Source: Haliotis cracherodii
Lineage: Eukaryota
Direction of reading: 5' to 3'
Length of the DNA: 64,000 bases
NCBI RefSeq assembly: GCF_022045235.1
Contig: NW_027266275.1
Location: forward strand, 31,248,001 to 31,312,000
This document shows positions 62,701-64,000 of this stretch, in pieces; positions within the stretch are counted from its first letter, which is position 1; every line of letters starts with the position of its first letter. Made by a program: the position numbers and the translations under genes. The notes beneath the pieces were generated by a model that saw only the letters and a list, made by a program, of their open reading frames with translations, searched no databases and was not told the DNA's origin.

Positions 62701-63292
62701 TTGGAGCAGGCGGGGCCGGCGCTCCTGGGATGGGCCAGTTTGGAGCAGGGGGGGGCGGCGCTCCTGGGATGGGCCAGTTTGGAGCTGGCGGGGACGGGGC
62801 TCCTGGGATGGGCAATTTCAAGCTTGACGGGGCTGGGGCACCAGGACTACCAGGATTTCAAATGGCTGGCTCCGGAGTACCAGGGCTACCAGGTTTACCA
62901 GGTGTTGGTGGTGGTGAAGGAAGTGCACTTGGCAATGGAATGGTTCTTTCAGCTTTCAAGACTGCGTCCGGCGTCGGAGGCCTAGATTTTGTAGTAAGCT
63001 GCTTTTGAATCACTGTATACATAACCCGACTCTCTGTTATATGCATCTCTATTTATACTGGCGGATTTGCGGTATTTTCTTCTGACGTTCTTCTCAATAG
63101 TACACAATTCTGAATAAATCAGTGTCTTCACAGCACGTAAACCTGCCAAACCTTAAACTCCAGTTTGCCTCTTGATTTGATCCTATTAATATTTTGAGTT
63201 ATTAATATTCCTGCCAATATATGTAGGGATCTCCAGCAGAGCGTAAAGCACTCATCCACAAGGCTGAAGAAGAACGGGATAACAAGGCTAAG
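39563..63292 (+). CDS. Gene B: tandem polycystin-1-like paralog, 3' part outside window
   Basis: Exons: 39563-39601, 39721-39748, 45754-46274, 46778-46949, 47225-47400, 47573-48194, 48445-49866, 50877-51059, 51579-51793, 52842-52998, 53659-53759, 53951-54829, 55077-55306, 56342-56535, 58384-58653, 59301-59473, 60563-60710, 61728-61789, 61959-62993, 63227-63292. Phases join in frame, and exons from 48445 onward match gene A exons one-to-one. The first two exons are less certain. Confidence 0.9.
40095..40278. mobile_element. Small foldback/MITE-like element with a tRNA-like fragment
   Basis: Outer arms TGTAACWAATGTTATATTTGGG (21/22), inner hairpin 40199-40256, minus-strand B-box GGTTCGAATCCC. 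Confidence 0.55.
40893..41055 (-). mobile_element. SINE family 1 copy
   Basis: Reverse-complement head and tail. Confidence 0.88.
41211..41425 (+). mobile_element. SINE-like family 2 copy (internally deleted)
   Basis: ACCCGTGAAAGCCCGGGTTAGAATTGGTCTTCAG start, (CAAA)n tail. Confidence 0.8.
41516..41685 (+). mobile_element. SINE family 1 copy
   Basis: TSD AATACTACCAAG. Confidence 0.9.
43819..44083 (-). mobile_element. SINE family 3 copy
   Basis: TSD AGTAAYTGAAGA. Confidence 0.85.
45754..46274 (+). CDS. Gene B exon: WSC domain plus first PKD repeat
   Basis: LGCF..TPEKC..C..YAG..GRFCFCG..C..C.G..CG..ISVY (8 Cys), then NYGDG. Confidence 0.9.
48445..49866 (+). CDS. Gene B exon: multiple PKD repeats
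   Basis: WDFGD x2, WDFDDG, FSFGD, CNYGDG. Confidence 0.92.
50430..50608 (-). pseudogene. Decayed RecQ-like SF2 helicase fragment, probable transposon remnant
   Basis: SLTQKHRQSLGALKDGKHIFVSTKNDSGLSLLYECVPV resembles the Q-motif/Walker A region (G.DVF...TGSGKSLCY..P). Confidence 0.5.
51019..51340 (+). repeat. 57-58-nt tandem repeat of exon end plus splice donor (alternating dimer)
   Basis: GGAA|GTAAGT at 51060, 51118, 51175, 51233 and 51291. Confidence 0.95.
56631..57787 (-). mobile_element. Decayed mariner (Tc1/mariner) DNA transposon
   Basis: Frameshifted transposase: MEKDEYRAV, RSGR, VTVDETWVYHYDPE, HDNASSH, HPPYLPDL; degenerate TIRs (25/33 counting the TA) and TA flanks. Confidence 0.9.
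59780..59923 (+). mobile_element. SINE family 1 copy (5' end replaced by a G-run)
   Basis: Body and tail match the 7769 copy. Confidence 0.85.
59935..60145 (+). mobile_element. SINE-like family 2 copy
   Basis: TSD ACTACAGTGTG. Confidence 0.88.
61043..61703. repeat. 44-nt minisatellite (~15 units); degenerate relatives at ~60165-60480
   Basis: AGAGTCAGGGTTGAATAGTGTATGTTTGACTCCTTACATG(GCGG/CTGT). Confidence 0.95.
61959..62993 (+). CDS. Gene B Gly/Ala/Pro/Met-rich exon (345 codons) inserted in the GAIN region
   Basis: TTCAG|GTG acceptor and GTA|GTAAGC donor, phase 0/0; 13-aa units GNFGAGGAGAPGM and GFQMAGAGPPGLP. Confidence 0.85.
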
Positions 63293-63492
63293 GTAGATTT
63301 TATACTTCAGCCTTTTTAGAATATAGACATATGGTTTTTTTCACAACACACGAGTAGACTCTCTTAACCGATCAGTCTCTCTTGTCGGTACTCTTCTTAT
63401 GTTCTTGGACACTCGTCACTCGTTATATAGCGTGCTCTCTGTTAAGCAAGGCTCCCCACAAACAGGCGTTTCTATATTAGCATGATCTCTTT

Positions 63493-63720
63493 GAGTGAGT
63501 CGGCGTGTCAGCTTAATGCGGGGGGAAAGCCCGAAGAGATGCAGGTCTAAGACGTTTACCACTTTGATGAAACCCACGAGCGCGACCATGGAGCTGACAA
63601 ACCTAGAAACATAACCGGGGCGAATTGGGATTCGAATCCTTTATCATAAGTTTTAGCGTGCCCAAGGGACGCAACTCATGAATTACCCCGCCTTACACAC
63701 GACTGGGCCATCCGTGACCC
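63493..63720 (-). mobile_element. SINE family 3 copy (degenerate)
   Basis: Reverse-complement similarity to the 10991 copy. Confidence 0.75.
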
Positions 63721-64000
63721 ATTATCTATATGTATATGAACCTGCTTCCCAATAAAGCACCATTCTCGATAGACCGGTTACTCTGTAATAGGGCATTCTC
63801 TATGAACATGCTTCTCTATAGTGTGAAACCACAGTGTCTCTATAACGGAACACCAATGACATTTGAACCCAGATGGTACCCTGATATTTTCATTTGTCAG
63901 TAACCCTTTTGAGACTTAGAATTGGTCTTCAGCAACCCATGGTTGTCATAAGCGGCCACTAACGGGATCGGGTGATCTGGCTCACTGACTTGGTCGATGC

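Noticed and set aside
39563-63292. Gene B as an uncollapsed haplotype of gene A
   Set aside because: Protein divergence is substantial and the introns are unrelated, far beyond allelic variation

Overview
This is animal genomic DNA, not prokaryotic; the SINE repertoire suggests a mollusc, possibly a gastropod (inference). It holds two tandem, same-strand, multi-exon polycystin-1 (PKD1/REJ)-like genes. Gene A starts before the window and ends at the stop at 30905. Its ~31 traceable exons encode PKD repeats, REJ, GAIN/GPS, TM1, PLAT and the polycystin channel region. Gene B starts at ATG 39563 and runs off the window end. Its ~20 traceable exons encode a signal peptide, WSC, PKD repeats, REJ and the start of GAIN. 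Exon phases and most exon lengths match between the paralogs, but the introns are unrelated. They contain four SINE-like families, MITEs, a decayed mariner, a LINE RT remnant and minisatellites. Four observations stand out. (1) Each paralog has a large phase-0/0 Gly-rich, elastomer-like exon at the same GAIN-domain loop position, with completely different repeats in A and B. (2) Several intronic tandem repeats are amplified copies of an exon end plus its 5' splice site; one set could yield in-frame micro-exons. (3) A headless SINE-like family has an invariant 5' end and a compact predicted pseudoknot, a candidate ribozyme. (4) Short, near-identical coding tracts between the paralogs suggest gene conversion. 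Exon boundaries were read by eye from GT-AG, frame continuity and paralog comparison, with no transcript data. There is a 159-N gap at 33878-34036.
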